Program-made: the position numbers and the translations under genes
Part shown: piece by piece, positions 1 through 9,166 of the stretch
Position numbering within the stretch: the stretch's first letter is position 1
Layout of the letters: each line of letters begins with the position of its first letter
Origin: a virus
Virus record (IMG/VR): IMGVR_UViG_3300033149_003931
Coordinates: 28,568 to 92,567 of that record
Length of the DNA stretch: 64,000 nucleotides
Reading direction: 5' to 3' (one strand)
The notes under the pieces: model-generated
Seen by the model: the letters and a program-made list of their open reading frames with translations, nothing else
Told to the model about the DNA's origin: nothing
Database searches by the model: none

Positions 1-1
1 G

Positions 2-295
2 ACGTTTTTAGATAAACTTTTAGGCGCAGGAAAGGGGGCCGAAGAAACAGGCAAAAAGGTTGAGCAGGTGGGTAAAGCTTTCATAGATTTTGGAAATGGC
101 CTTCAAGAAGTAAATTTGACTGCGTTGAATAAGAGTGGTAGTGAAATGTCGGAAATATTTACTGATGTTCAAAAAAGTTCTGAAAATTTTTTAAGGGCTA
201 CTGAAGCCAGTAATTCAAAAGCGGAAAAGGCTTTAGCGAATTCTGAAAGGGCATTAAGACGCGTTTTTCAAATGAATTCGAAAGGAAAGAAATAA
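2..295 (+). CDS. C-terminal end of a tail protein (probably tape measure), truncated by the window edge
   Basis: Frame is open from position 2; helical Ala/Lys/Glu-rich sequence; lies upstream of tail-tip-like genes. Confidence 0.45.
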   Translation, partial: TFLDKLLGAGKGAEETGKKVEQVGKAFIDFGNGLQEVNLTALNKSGSEMSEIFTDVQKSSENFLRATEASNSKAEKALANSERALRRVFQMNSKGKK

Positions 296-681
296 TGGGA
301 GTTAACGCCCCAAAAAGGGTTTTATGGAAATCTATAGCACTTGGTGATTATGCCTTTGTTACTTTTGAGTATCAAGGAAATAATGAAGTAAGGATTATTC
401 CGGAAGCAAAAGGCGTAAAAATCCGAGGCACAGATGAGCTTGGTGGGGGCTTCTTAACAGTTAATGTTCAGGTATTACTCGCTAAAGACAGTCGGTTTGC
501 TTTGGAACAATATTTTAATAATATGGATTCTATTTTCTCACTTACCGTAAAGGGGGATTTAGCTATTTCGGATGAAAATGGGTCAATGACTTTGACTGAT
601 TGTTATTTAGATAGTTTTAGTCAGGGCGGAGACGACCTAAAAGTGACAATGTTTAGTTTAAGATTTATAAAAAGTCTATAA
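295..681 (+). CDS. Putative tail (distal tail/baseplate-like) protein
   Basis: TAATG overlap with the upstream gene; beta-rich, 128 aa; position in the operon. Confidence 0.4.
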   Translation: MGVNAPKRVLWKSIALGDYAFVTFEYQGNNEVRIIPEAKGVKIRGTDELGGGFLTVNVQVLLAKDSRFALEQYFNNMDSIFSLTVKGDLAISDENGSMTLTDCYLDSFSQGGDDLKVTMFSLRFIKSL

Positions 682-696
682 GATTGAGGTTATACT

Positions 697-3552
697 ATGG
701 CTGGAATCAATAGTAATGTCGTCTTTATGTCCCATTTTGATGGCCTTGATGGTTCTCAAACTATTATAGACGAAATAGGAAATGTCATTACCGCTAACGG
801 TAATGCTCAAATAGATACTTCTGATTCTGTATTCGGTGGAGCCTCAGTATTATTTGATAATAATTCTGCTTCTAGGCTTACTATTCCGAATTCTCCTTCA
901 TTTAATCTTGGTTCACAAGATTTCAGGTTTGATTTCCGAATTCAATATGTTGCAGTAGGTGGTACGCAGGCTATCTGGACACAATGGGGTGGCGGTGGAT
1001 CAAACGGCTCATTCTATATTGTAACGCTTGGTGGAAATTTACGATTTTTTTATTCGCCAAATGGCTCTTCTGAAGTAGCAATATCTAGCACATATACTTT
1101 TGCTGATAGTAATTTTCATCATGTAGAGGTATCAAGAACCGGTAATACTCTTTATTTCTTTGTTGATGGGGTTGCTTATGGTACAGGAAATCTGACCGGG
1201 GTAACTATTAATAATTCTACAAGACCCCTGAATATTTCAACTTATGCAGATGGGGCCGGACAGCCTCTTAATGCTAGGGTTGACGAGGCTAGAATGTCGG
1301 TAGGAGAGGGCGGGCATACTTCACCATTTACACCGCCGACTGAGCCTTATGATTTTGACAGACTTTTTCCCTCATTAGAGTGGTCGGCAACAGGAGATAT
1401 TCAGTTAACTCCGGCGTTACAGTGGGAAGCTTCTCTCTTAGGTGAACTAACTCCGCAAGTTTCTTGGAATACTGAAATGGAACATAAGTTTGTTCCTAAT
1501 GTGGTTAATTATCCATTTTATTTTGACCAACCCACTGTTAAGAGTAGTTCAGTCCCGATGACCATATCCGGGTGTTTTGTGGGTTATTCTGTTTATTTAA
1601 AAAATACGGGGTCTAGTGGAACTACTGAAATTGAGATTTATGTGGACGGCCTTTTAAAGGATACTATAAGTATTGTTGCTTCGGGAGTCGTGCATAATGA
1701 AGTAAGATATTTTGATTTAGATCAAATGTTAAATCCTCAGGGTATTTTTAAAGTAAAAGTAATTTCTGCGGCAGTAGCCTCGGATGATTTAAAAGTTAAT
1801 ATGTATTTGATGACATTTCCCTTTGAAATGGATGTCTTATTTTATTCTAATATTTCCGACTCGGTAAATTTTACAGGTTTAAATAAAGAGTATTTATTCC
1901 AGTCAACAGACAATTGGTTGATCGATTTTAATCAACCCATATTAACGGTAGCTAGTGTGACCATCGAGGATGAAAATGGAGATGTTACTGACGTGCCCTA
2001 TTCTGTTTTAGATGGAACCTTCTTTAATAGCAGGATTCAGTTAGCGGCCTATACTCAGGCTTTGCCTAAGAGTATTAAAATTAAAGTCCAAGATTATAAT
2101 GAGAGGTATCAAATATTTGAATTAACTCCGACGATAGCTCCGACTCTTGGGGAATATCCACCTTATGTGACAAGTATGACAAAAGAATTTGAGTTATTTA
2201 TTGCTGCAACCGCTTTTCGATATAGTTTTGATGTAGGAAGTACATGGTCTAGTTGGGAGGCTGTGTCTAGTAGTAATACTGCTACCATAGATTTTAGTAG
2301 TCTCTCAAATGGAGAGAAGACTGTTAAGATACAATACCAAATCGGATCTGATATGTTAGAGGGGGATTTTTCTCTTTATTATGTAATCGGAGATATTGAT
2401 GTATCAATTTTATGGATTGGTGATTATGCGTTAGTCACGTATGCAGACACCGTGCCTTTAGATAGGATAGAGGTTTATTATGATGGTGCCTTGTCAGATA
2501 CTTTATCTATCCCGGTTATTAATGGTTTTGATACGTTTTCTTTAGACGTGGGTAATACTGAACTGGATATTGGTGTGGGTAGTGTATATTGGAATTCTGT
2601 TAAGTATGATTATGATGGATCTTCATGGTCTCTTGCGAGTTTGGATTTTGCGAGTTATGCTTATGCTATGCAATATCAAGCTGTTTTTGGTTTCGATACT
2701 GTAGAAAATAAATTTGATGTAAAAATTATTATAGATGAAAACCCGTCAAACGGTAATTTTGAAGAAAGATTTCCTTCGTTTGTAAGAATTTGGGCTTTAG
2801 ATTTTCTAATTAATACGCAGGGCCTTGATTTTAGTCCCTATACTGTTCAGATAAGTAGTACACCGAAAAAGGTTTTTGAAGATGGAAGGGTTCAGGTTAC
2901 TTTGGATGCTAGTAAAGAAATTATAATTAAATTGATTGATGTTTCTGGAAGAACATTAAGTTTTACACAAGAATTTTATAAAACTAAATATAATATTTGG
3001 CGGACAATTGTTATAACTAAGGAGAGTATTATTGGCAGCAGCTCTAATGGGTTACAATTGCCGCGATTAGCCATTGATGATTCGGATAGTTTTTGGACAT
3101 CAAGTTTGAGTGAAGTTTTACCCGCATGGTTACGTTATGAGTTTGGTTTAGAGACTAAACAAATAATTACTGAAGTTTCGATTAAACCAAATTTTTTTGG
3201 TGATGTGAATGGTGTACCAAAAGATTTTAAAATTCAAGGAACTGATGATGGGGAGATTTGGGATGATTTATTAACCGTAGCTGGGGAGTCTTGGGTAGAC
3301 GAAAACCCAAAGATTTATTCATTTTCAAACTCTGTAGCTTACGCTTTTTATAGACTTTATGTTACCGATACTTTTGGTGGTAGTTATGTTCAAATCAAGG
3401 AGTGGGAATTACGAGAAACTATCGGTGGGCCTGATTTAGCATCATTTTTTGAGGTAGAAATATTTCCGGGTGAAATTCATCAAAGTAGCGATATAAAAAT
3501 TGCTCTTGAAACAGAGGATTGGGGAGATGAACCCGATGGCCCAACAGAATAA
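697..3552 (+). CDS. Tail/receptor-binding protein with N-terminal LamG/ConA-like domain and C-terminal discoidin (F5/8C)-like domain
   Basis: SVFGGASVLFD..FHHVEVSRTG..FFVDG..VDEARMS (LamG); WLRYEFG..PKDFKIQGTDDGEIW..YAFYRL..IKEWEL (discoidin). Confidence 0.75.
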   Translation: MAGINSNVVFMSHFDGLDGSQTIIDEIGNVITANGNAQIDTSDSVFGGASVLFDNNSASRLTIPNSPSFNLGSQDFRFDFRIQYVAVGGTQAIWTQWGGGGSNGSFYIVTLGGNLRFFYSPNGSSEVAISSTYTFADSNFHHVEVSRTGNTLYFFVDGVAYGTGNLTGVTINNSTRPLNISTYADGAGQPLNARVDEARMSVGEGGHTSPFTPPTEPYDFDRLFPSLEWSATGDIQLTPALQWEASLLGELTPQVSWNTEMEHKFVPNVVNYPFYFDQPTVKSSSVPMTISGCFVGYSVYLKNTGSSGTTEIEIYVDGLLKDTISIVASGVVHNEVRYFDLDQMLNPQGIFKVKVISAAVASDDLKVNMYLMTFPFEMDVLFYSNISDSVNFTGLNKEYLFQSTDNWLIDFNQPILTVASVTIEDENGDVTDVPYSVLDGTFFNSRIQLAAYTQALPKSIKIKVQDYNERYQIFELTPTIAPTLGEYPPYVTSMTKEFELFIAATAFRYSFDVGSTWSSWEAVSSSNTATIDFSSLSNGEKTVKIQYQIGSDMLEGDFSLYYVIGDIDVSILWIGDYALVTYADTVPLDRIEVYYDGALSDTLSIPVINGFDTFSLDVGNTELDIGVGSVYWNSVKYDYDGSSWSLASLDFASYAYAMQYQAVFGFDTVENKFDVKIIIDENPSNGNFEERFPSFVRIWALDFLINTQGLDFSPYTVQISSTPKKVFEDGRVQVTLDASKEIIIKLIDVSGRTLSFTQEFYKTKYNIWRTIVITKESIIGSSSNGLQLPRLAIDDSDSFWTSSLSEVLPAWLRYEFGLETKQIITEVSIKPNFFGDVNGVPKDFKIQGTDDGEIWDDLLTVAGESWVDENPKIYSFSNSVAYAFYRLYVTDTFGGSYVQIKEWELRETIGGPDLASFFEVEIFPGEIHQSSDIKIALETEDWGDEPDGPTE

Positions 3553-3558
3553 TGGAGG

Positions 3559-6069
3559 TTGTTAATGGCTATTACAAGTATTCTATTAGATGAAAATTCT
3601 GGATTTGTCGTAGAGGTTCCTGTAATTGTTCCGCTTAAATGGAGAACAAAGAGTATATCTACTGTTTTTTTGAAAGATCCACAAGATATTCGATCGAATA
3701 GTTACGCTGGTATGGCTCCCGGAACTACGGTGAGTTATAGCGGCTGGAATAGTGGGGGAGACACGGCGGTAAGTAGGGCTGTATGTAAGTGGCAGAATGG
3801 TTCAGGCTTCTTTTTTAGACGATCTATTGCTGTTATTTACAAACCGGGCGCTATGGTACCCCCCTATATCCATGTGTCTGCTCAGACGGCGATTCAAATT
3901 GAAGACGCAACACCTGAGATTGATTGGGAGGCTGTTATGGCAACCCTCAGATCTTCTTATGATCCGGCATCATATACAATTGGAGCAGTTAGGTTGTGTG
4001 ATTCTTTGGGCGGTAATTGTGAAGATTTAGTAAAAGCTGGTCAAATGGATTTGAATGATTTAAATCAATATTATAAAGATACCGGTCATGCCGGTGAAGA
4101 GGCAAATGCCTCTTTATGGAGTTTTGTGACTGAGAGCTCATCAAGTCCAATAACTAAACCTTATGGGCCCGGAGACGCGGATGTCAAGTTTAATTATATG
4201 GATGAATTTACTGTTCGGGGGGTTAGTGATGATGATGCAGGAAATAATTTTAATGATACTGCTCAAAGTTTACCAACGAATTCATGTGTTACGAATAGTC
4301 GTAGTATGCCCATGTATGCTAAGTTTTGGGTAAAGATGACTGTGATTGGAGGCGGGGCCTATCCCCCAGAAGCTACTGTTAATACTGAAGAAGAGCAAAA
4401 AGATCCGGAAGATTGGGGTAGTCTTAGCAGCGGAACTTCAGGTTTTACTGGAAAGGGTTCTGAAGATGAGGGTATGAATACGATGTATTCAACTTATGGT
4501 AATTCCAGACTACCTTTTGATTCCGTTTATTTAACCGGAGCAAATTATAATAGTTTTGTTTCTGCGGGAGGCGGTGTGGTTGCAGAATCCGGAGCGTTTT
4601 CTATTTCTGATACGCTCTATATTGAGAAAATAAGGCTGGATATTGAGGGCAGCACCATGACGATAGTTGAAGTTGTGGATTACGATGCAACACCCTCTCT
4701 GAATTTAAGTGAAAAGATTTATGGATATATTTTTAATGAATTTAATCAGAGTAAGCCCACATTTTCTGGGTTTGTAATTAGCCGTAGAAGGCGTTTAAAT
4801 TCAGGAACCAAAGAAATCGTTTATGAGTGTAGAGATTTAACTTATTTTTTAGATCAGTTATATAGTCCCTCTCATTATATCTATCGACCGCCATCAATTC
4901 ATGGTCGAGGATCTTTTAAAACTTATGACAGGGTATTAAAAGAGATTTTGGGTGTGGCAGGACTGCCAGATTCTATTGTTGATTTACCCCTCTATACGGC
5001 CCCGCCCACGAGTTGGGTTTATCAGGATTTAAGGAGTGTGTTGGAGTGGGTGGTGAAATTTTTTGGTAAATACATGTATTATATTGACAGATATGGAAGG
5101 TTAAATGTTCGGGCCACGGATTCATTAACGAATGTTAAAACATATACCATTGGTGATAAGTCGGGGGAAATTTCTATAGAGAGTTTTGAACCTATGACAG
5201 ATTTTTCTAGGTCTCGTAGTAGGGTTATTTTAACTGGTGACTTTGCAATTACAGAACGTGAAGCTGTAGCTAATTATCTTTTAGGCGGACAATTACATCC
5301 AGAAGATAATGTGAATCAGACAGGTATTTTTTGGTTTCAGCAAACGATAGAAGGAAAAACTTATAAGTTTTATTATTTTATGTTGAAGCCCGGACAAACT
5401 TTAAACGATAAGTTATTATCAGATCCGGCGAAATCCGCGGATGTCGTTTTATTAAAACAGGCAAATTCACCCACAAGTCCTAATTCGAATTGGATTGATG
5501 ATCCTAAAGAATTAAATATTCGAGTTTTTAAAACACACCCGGGAGATAGTGAAATTTATGTTGAAGACCCTATTTTAAATTATAAAAATTATCAATTAAT
5601 TAGAATACGATATGCAACACGGACAGATTCACCAATTCAAGTTAGCGTAGATACGGGATTAGCTGGTGGAACGGAGGTTGTTCGTAGACCAGAGTTTAAA
5701 AAGGCTGTTGGCCCACAAGGATCCGTAGATGATACAGCTTTGATGGCCCAATATCTAGCTAAAATTAAGGATTTTTTTACCCCGGTTTATGGCGGGCAAT
5801 TAGTCCTTGATGGTTTAGATACGCAAATTTATTTGTTAGCAAAGGTCTCAATTGCGGGATCGGATTTATCCTCGACGGAGACTGATGATTTAATTTGTTA
5901 TTCTATTGAGTATAATATACCAGCTAAGAGAACATCGGTAGAATTGTCGAATAAAGTTTATGAGGATCTACCTTTCTTTGATGTTATGCGGGAGCGTTCA
6001 AGAGAGCATAATGAAATGTTAGCAAAGATGGGCATTGTGGAAGAATTGGAACTTTACCAAAGAGCTTAA
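3559..6069 (+). CDS. Tail tip/baseplate hub-like structural protein
   Basis: 836 aa; FSGFVISRRR..YECRD and YYIDRYGRLNV hub-like segments; operon context. Confidence 0.5.
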   Translation: MLMAITSILLDENSGFVVEVPVIVPLKWRTKSISTVFLKDPQDIRSNSYAGMAPGTTVSYSGWNSGGDTAVSRAVCKWQNGSGFFFRRSIAVIYKPGAMVPPYIHVSAQTAIQIEDATPEIDWEAVMATLRSSYDPASYTIGAVRLCDSLGGNCEDLVKAGQMDLNDLNQYYKDTGHAGEEANASLWSFVTESSSSPITKPYGPGDADVKFNYMDEFTVRGVSDDDAGNNFNDTAQSLPTNSCVTNSRSMPMYAKFWVKMTVIGGGAYPPEATVNTEEEQKDPEDWGSLSSGTSGFTGKGSEDEGMNTMYSTYGNSRLPFDSVYLTGANYNSFVSAGGGVVAESGAFSISDTLYIEKIRLDIEGSTMTIVEVVDYDATPSLNLSEKIYGYIFNEFNQSKPTFSGFVISRRRRLNSGTKEIVYECRDLTYFLDQLYSPSHYIYRPPSIHGRGSFKTYDRVLKEILGVAGLPDSIVDLPLYTAPPTSWVYQDLRSVLEWVVKFFGKYMYYIDRYGRLNVRATDSLTNVKTYTIGDKSGEISIESFEPMTDFSRSRSRVILTGDFAITEREAVANYLLGGQLHPEDNVNQTGIFWFQQTIEGKTYKFYYFMLKPGQTLNDKLLSDPAKSADVVLLKQANSPTSPNSNWIDDPKELNIRVFKTHPGDSEIYVEDPILNYKNYQLIRIRYATRTDSPIQVSVDTGLAGGTEVVRRPEFKKAVGPQGSVDDTALMAQYLAKIKDFFTPVYGGQLVLDGLDTQIYLLAKVSIAGSDLSSTETDDLICYSIEYNIPAKRTSVELSNKVYEDLPFFDVMRERSREHNEMLAKMGIVEELELYQRA

Positions 6070-6072
6070 ATT

Positions 6073-6630
6073 ATGAAATCAAAACATGCGACTATAACTA
6101 TTTCGGATAGTGTTTGGACGGAGTTAGAGGAGACTTTTGATGTTCTATTTTGGGCGGTCTATGCTGATGTAGCTATTTATGTTCAGGAATATGGTATAGC
6201 TGGTTGGAATACAAGTATTTCTGTTTCGGCAGAGGCCTCATATTCGGTAAATACTTCGGTTAAGAAAATACGGGTAAAATCTCAGTCCGGAAATGCGGAT
6301 GTAAATTATAGTTTATTGGGTTTTATCACTTTTCGGCTCGGTGGAAAGGAACCGACAATACAACCAGTAAGCATAAAAACAAATGATTATACCCTTACAG
6401 AATTAGATTATAGTCTTGTAATTGATGCAACAAGTAATCCTGTAACAATTACACTTCCATTAAATCCAAAGATAGGCCAAGTATATAATCTTGCTTGTTT
6501 AAATAGTGATAATGCTGTGGAGATTAATTTTAATGGAAAAAACTTTTATGATAGTTCTTCAAATGGGATTCTTTTTAAGGGTGAAAATTTAACGATTCAA
6601 TATGATGGAACACAATATATAGGAGCATAA
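6073..6630 (+). CDS. Virion/tail-associated protein
   Basis: NDYTLT..DATSNPVTITLP motif typical of phage tail/decoration domains. Confidence 0.5.
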   Translation: MKSKHATITISDSVWTELEETFDVLFWAVYADVAIYVQEYGIAGWNTSISVSAEASYSVNTSVKKIRVKSQSGNADVNYSLLGFITFRLGGKEPTIQPVSIKTNDYTLTELDYSLVIDATSNPVTITLPLNPKIGQVYNLACLNSDNAVEINFNGKNFYDSSSNGILFKGENLTIQYDGTQYIGA

Positions 6631-6631
6631 A

Positions 6632-7417
6632 ATGAGTTTATTTGGTGTAATACGAGATGCTTTAACTGGAATTACTGCAAGTGTTGAAAGCGAGGGTAAT
6701 TTAGCTGTAATCGCTAAAAATCAGCATTGGCCAATTATTGATTTATTTATGCACAAACATCAATTAACTATAACAATTGATGGTACAACTTCTATCGGTG
6801 ATAAGATAGTTACTCTTGTTGCTGGACATGGTGTTATTAATGGAAATTGGGTGGGTTTTGAACAGGCCGGAAACTTTTATGAAGGTGTTGTAATTAATGT
6901 ATCAGTAAATGATATTGAACTTGATTCCCCTTTAGATTATGCTTTTGATAGTAATGCTGTAGCCTATATACATTCTAGGGATATGAATATTGATGGTTCT
7001 ACTACAACACAAATATTTCATATTCATCCACCAACGGGGCAGAAATGGGATATTACTGGATTAACTTTTACTTTAGAGGATAATGTAATTATGGATTCTT
7101 CTAAATTTGGCGGAATTACAGCCTTAACTGAGGGGGTTGTATTACGGGTAGAAAATAGTACAATTAAAAATATTTTTAATGTTAAAACAAATGGGGGTTT
7201 TTCCGCAAGATCATGTTTTTCAGAATATGATGCCAAAGCCCCCGCAGGTGTATATGGTTTTCGTATATGTACTGTTTTTGCGGGGCAGGAAAATCGGGGT
7301 GTAACTATTCGTTTAAACGGAGATGTTGATGATGAATTACAACTACTTATTCAAGATGATTTATCAGCTTTAAGTAGATTTACCTGTATTGCTCATGGGC
7401 ATATAGTAATTGAATAA
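6632..7417 (+). CDS. Hypothetical virion protein
   Basis: Coupled ORF with SD; beta-rich; FGGITALTEG..IQDDLS motif. Confidence 0.45.
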   Translation: MSLFGVIRDALTGITASVESEGNLAVIAKNQHWPIIDLFMHKHQLTITIDGTTSIGDKIVTLVAGHGVINGNWVGFEQAGNFYEGVVINVSVNDIELDSPLDYAFDSNAVAYIHSRDMNIDGSTTTQIFHIHPPTGQKWDITGLTFTLEDNVIMDSSKFGGITALTEGVVLRVENSTIKNIFNVKTNGGFSARSCFSEYDAKAPAGVYGFRICTVFAGQENRGVTIRLNGDVDDELQLLIQDDLSALSRFTCIAHGHIVIE

Positions 7418-7427
7418 ACCGGTATAA

Positions 7428-7784
7428 ATGGACGGAGTACTTATGATTAAATGTAGAAATTGTGGTTTTGAATTTGATGATTTAAAACAATCTGAGGTTG
7501 TTATGGGTGGAGTAAAATGCCCTAAATGTAATGCTATTGTGGATCAAGAGGGGAATGTTTTTAAAAAGGCTGGGGTTAATTTTTTCTCCCATTTGGTTAA
7601 AATTAGAAAACCTTATTTAGATACAAGAGGTACATATACGTGTGAGTGTATTGATTGTGCCTATGTTAAGGAGTCTAAAAAGCACTGTAAAGATATTAAA
7701 TGTCCCAAGTGTGGGGGTGAAATGCGAAGAAAAAATCGTCCGGGTTCGGGAAAGAAGGCTGAGGGAATTGAAAGCGGAAGCTAA
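7428..7784 (+). CDS. Double zinc-ribbon protein
   Basis: CRNC..CPKC and CIDC..CPKC pairs. Confidence 0.55.
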   Translation: MDGVLMIKCRNCGFEFDDLKQSEVVMGGVKCPKCNAIVDQEGNVFKKAGVNFFSHLVKIRKPYLDTRGTYTCECIDCAYVKESKKHCKDIKCPKCGGEMRRKNRPGSGKKAEGIESGS

Positions 7785-7940
7785 AGAACGGAGTTAGCGA
7801 GATATTCTCTACAAGGTAGAGTTGTTGGCATTTCTTGGGATTGTTGGCCCAAAAATAACAGTCCTTGAATTTACAAAGGAGGGTTTATGTTTTTAAAAGG
7901 AGGTACGTCATGATGTAGAAACCGAAAGGAGGTATACGTC

Positions 7941-8111
7941 ATGGCTAAAGCCCAAAAATGTAAAAGCGGGAATAAAGCCAAAGGTCGTCAGTCTGATCGC
8001 CATAAGATCGAGTATGAACGTCAAAGAATTCGTACCGAAGCCAACAAGCGTAAAAGACGCCGAAGACATTTGGAAAAACACCTGAATGATTTGCAAGCTC
8101 AAAATGTATAA
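7941..8111 (+). CDS. Unannotated 56-aa Arg/Lys-rich protein (MAKAQKCKSG...ANKRKRRRRHLEKHLNDLQAQNV)
   Basis: Hand translation; perfect SD AAAGGAGGT 7 nt upstream; too short for the ORF track. Confidence 0.8.
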   Translation: MAKAQKCKSGNKAKGRQSDRHKIEYERQRIRTEANKRKRRRRHLEKHLNDLQAQNV

Positions 8112-8114
8112 AAT

Positions 8115-8254
8115 GGGGTGGGGATTCCCGCCCGTCCGGAGGGTCTGAAATACGGCTTGACTGTGTGGTAGGACTAACTCCGTTTAGGGGCACCTTTCGG
8201 GGTGTCCCTTATGACTGAACCCTGAATGTTCACTAAAAGGTAAACATTAGGTTC
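8115..8254 (+). other. Chain of four hairpins including a UUCG-capped 10-bp stem (terminator and/or structured 3' RNA)
   Basis: GGGTGGG-GATT-CCCGCCC; CGGAG.GGTCT/GGACT.CTCCG; AGGGGCACCT-TTCG-GGGTGTCCCT; GAACC.AATGTT/AACATT.GGTTC. Confidence 0.55.
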
Positions 8255-8558
8255 TGAGTATACATTATGATACCCGCCCGGGGCCATCCGGCCCACCTTC
8301 AATATTATAATTATTTATTATTAATACTATACAGCCTGCCTGATCGGGTATAAAATATCAAAATTGATGCGTTAAGGCCCGATTTCCCGATTAATACAGC
8401 ATAAAAGCGATATTAACCAACCTCGACCCGGCCAAAGGCCGCCCCTCGGTTGAGAGTAAACCATTAAAATCTATCAATATTATGGAAATTAATACATAAT
8501 CAGTCTTAGCCGCTTTTTAAAATAAGTGGGCAGACTTGATACTTACCTGTGCGGTGGA

Positions 8559-8882
8559 ACGTCCTCCGGAGGCAGCCTCGGGAATCGCTCCGCTCTCCCT
8601 CGGCGCCTTCCGGTTCTGATCCGTCTATTCTGGACAGGAATCTGGACAATATGTCCAGTTACCGGATTCGTCCACTATTTAGTGGACATTACCAGTTATT
8701 TATGGGGTACCAGCAAGCCTGACCGCCTGCTGGCGGTAGACTTCCGGCATATTCGGAATGGGGCCCAGATCCGGAAGAGAGGCCTACAGAAGGCATCCTG
8801 AAGCGATTGGAGGCTATAATCGTGTCATAATCTGAAGCGTTTAGAGATCCAAATCGGGGCGACGGCGTAGCCGGAGACACGT
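8559..8882 (+). ncRNA. Candidate large multibranched ncRNA, family unassigned
   Basis: At least nine nested helices found by eye; G.U wobbles favour the + strand; GC-rich island with no convincing ORF. Confidence 0.55.
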
Positions 8883-8938
8883 ATTTGATAGGAATATAGC
8901 CTGTAATAGGGAATTATAAGGAATATGGGTGGAAGACC

Positions 8939-9036
8939 TGCTGGAGGGTAGGATTTTTACCTACTAGCTTGTCGTTGATTGCTTAAAGACTTGAAGTACA
9001 GATTACTCCGTGCGTGTTCATCACGCCACCTCTGGC
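8939..9036 (-). ncRNA. tRNA-like element (D-arm, T-arm, interrupted acceptor stem, no anticodon arm)
   Basis: GCCAGAGG-TG-GCGTG(ATGAA)CACGC-ACGGA(GTAA)TCTGT...GTAGG(TAAAAAT)CCTAC-CCTCCAGCA. Confidence 0.6.
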
Positions 9037-9166
9037 AAGGCTTTCTTTGGTCAGACGGTGCTTTCCCAACATCACATTAAGCAGTTATCATATGTTCTGT
9101 TTAACTTCCTTATCCCACCGCCGAAATCCGGAAGAATTAGATAGTTGGGAGTCTAATATAAATAAT

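Noticed and set aside
7908-8880. Track ORFs 7908-8102, 7945-8193, 8526-8801 and 8689-8880
   Set aside because: No clear RBS and atypical composition; antisense to the SD-supported 7941 ORF or overlapping the paired region
8939-9036. Canonical tRNA or tmRNA
   Set aside because: No 7-nt anticodon loop, mismatched acceptor stem, T-loop lacks TTC, no tag ORF
8559-9150. RNase P RNA, group I/II intron or hammerhead ribozyme
   Set aside because: No GAGGAAAGTCC, P7 pair, domain V or CUGANGA/GAAA core found by eye; no interrupted host gene
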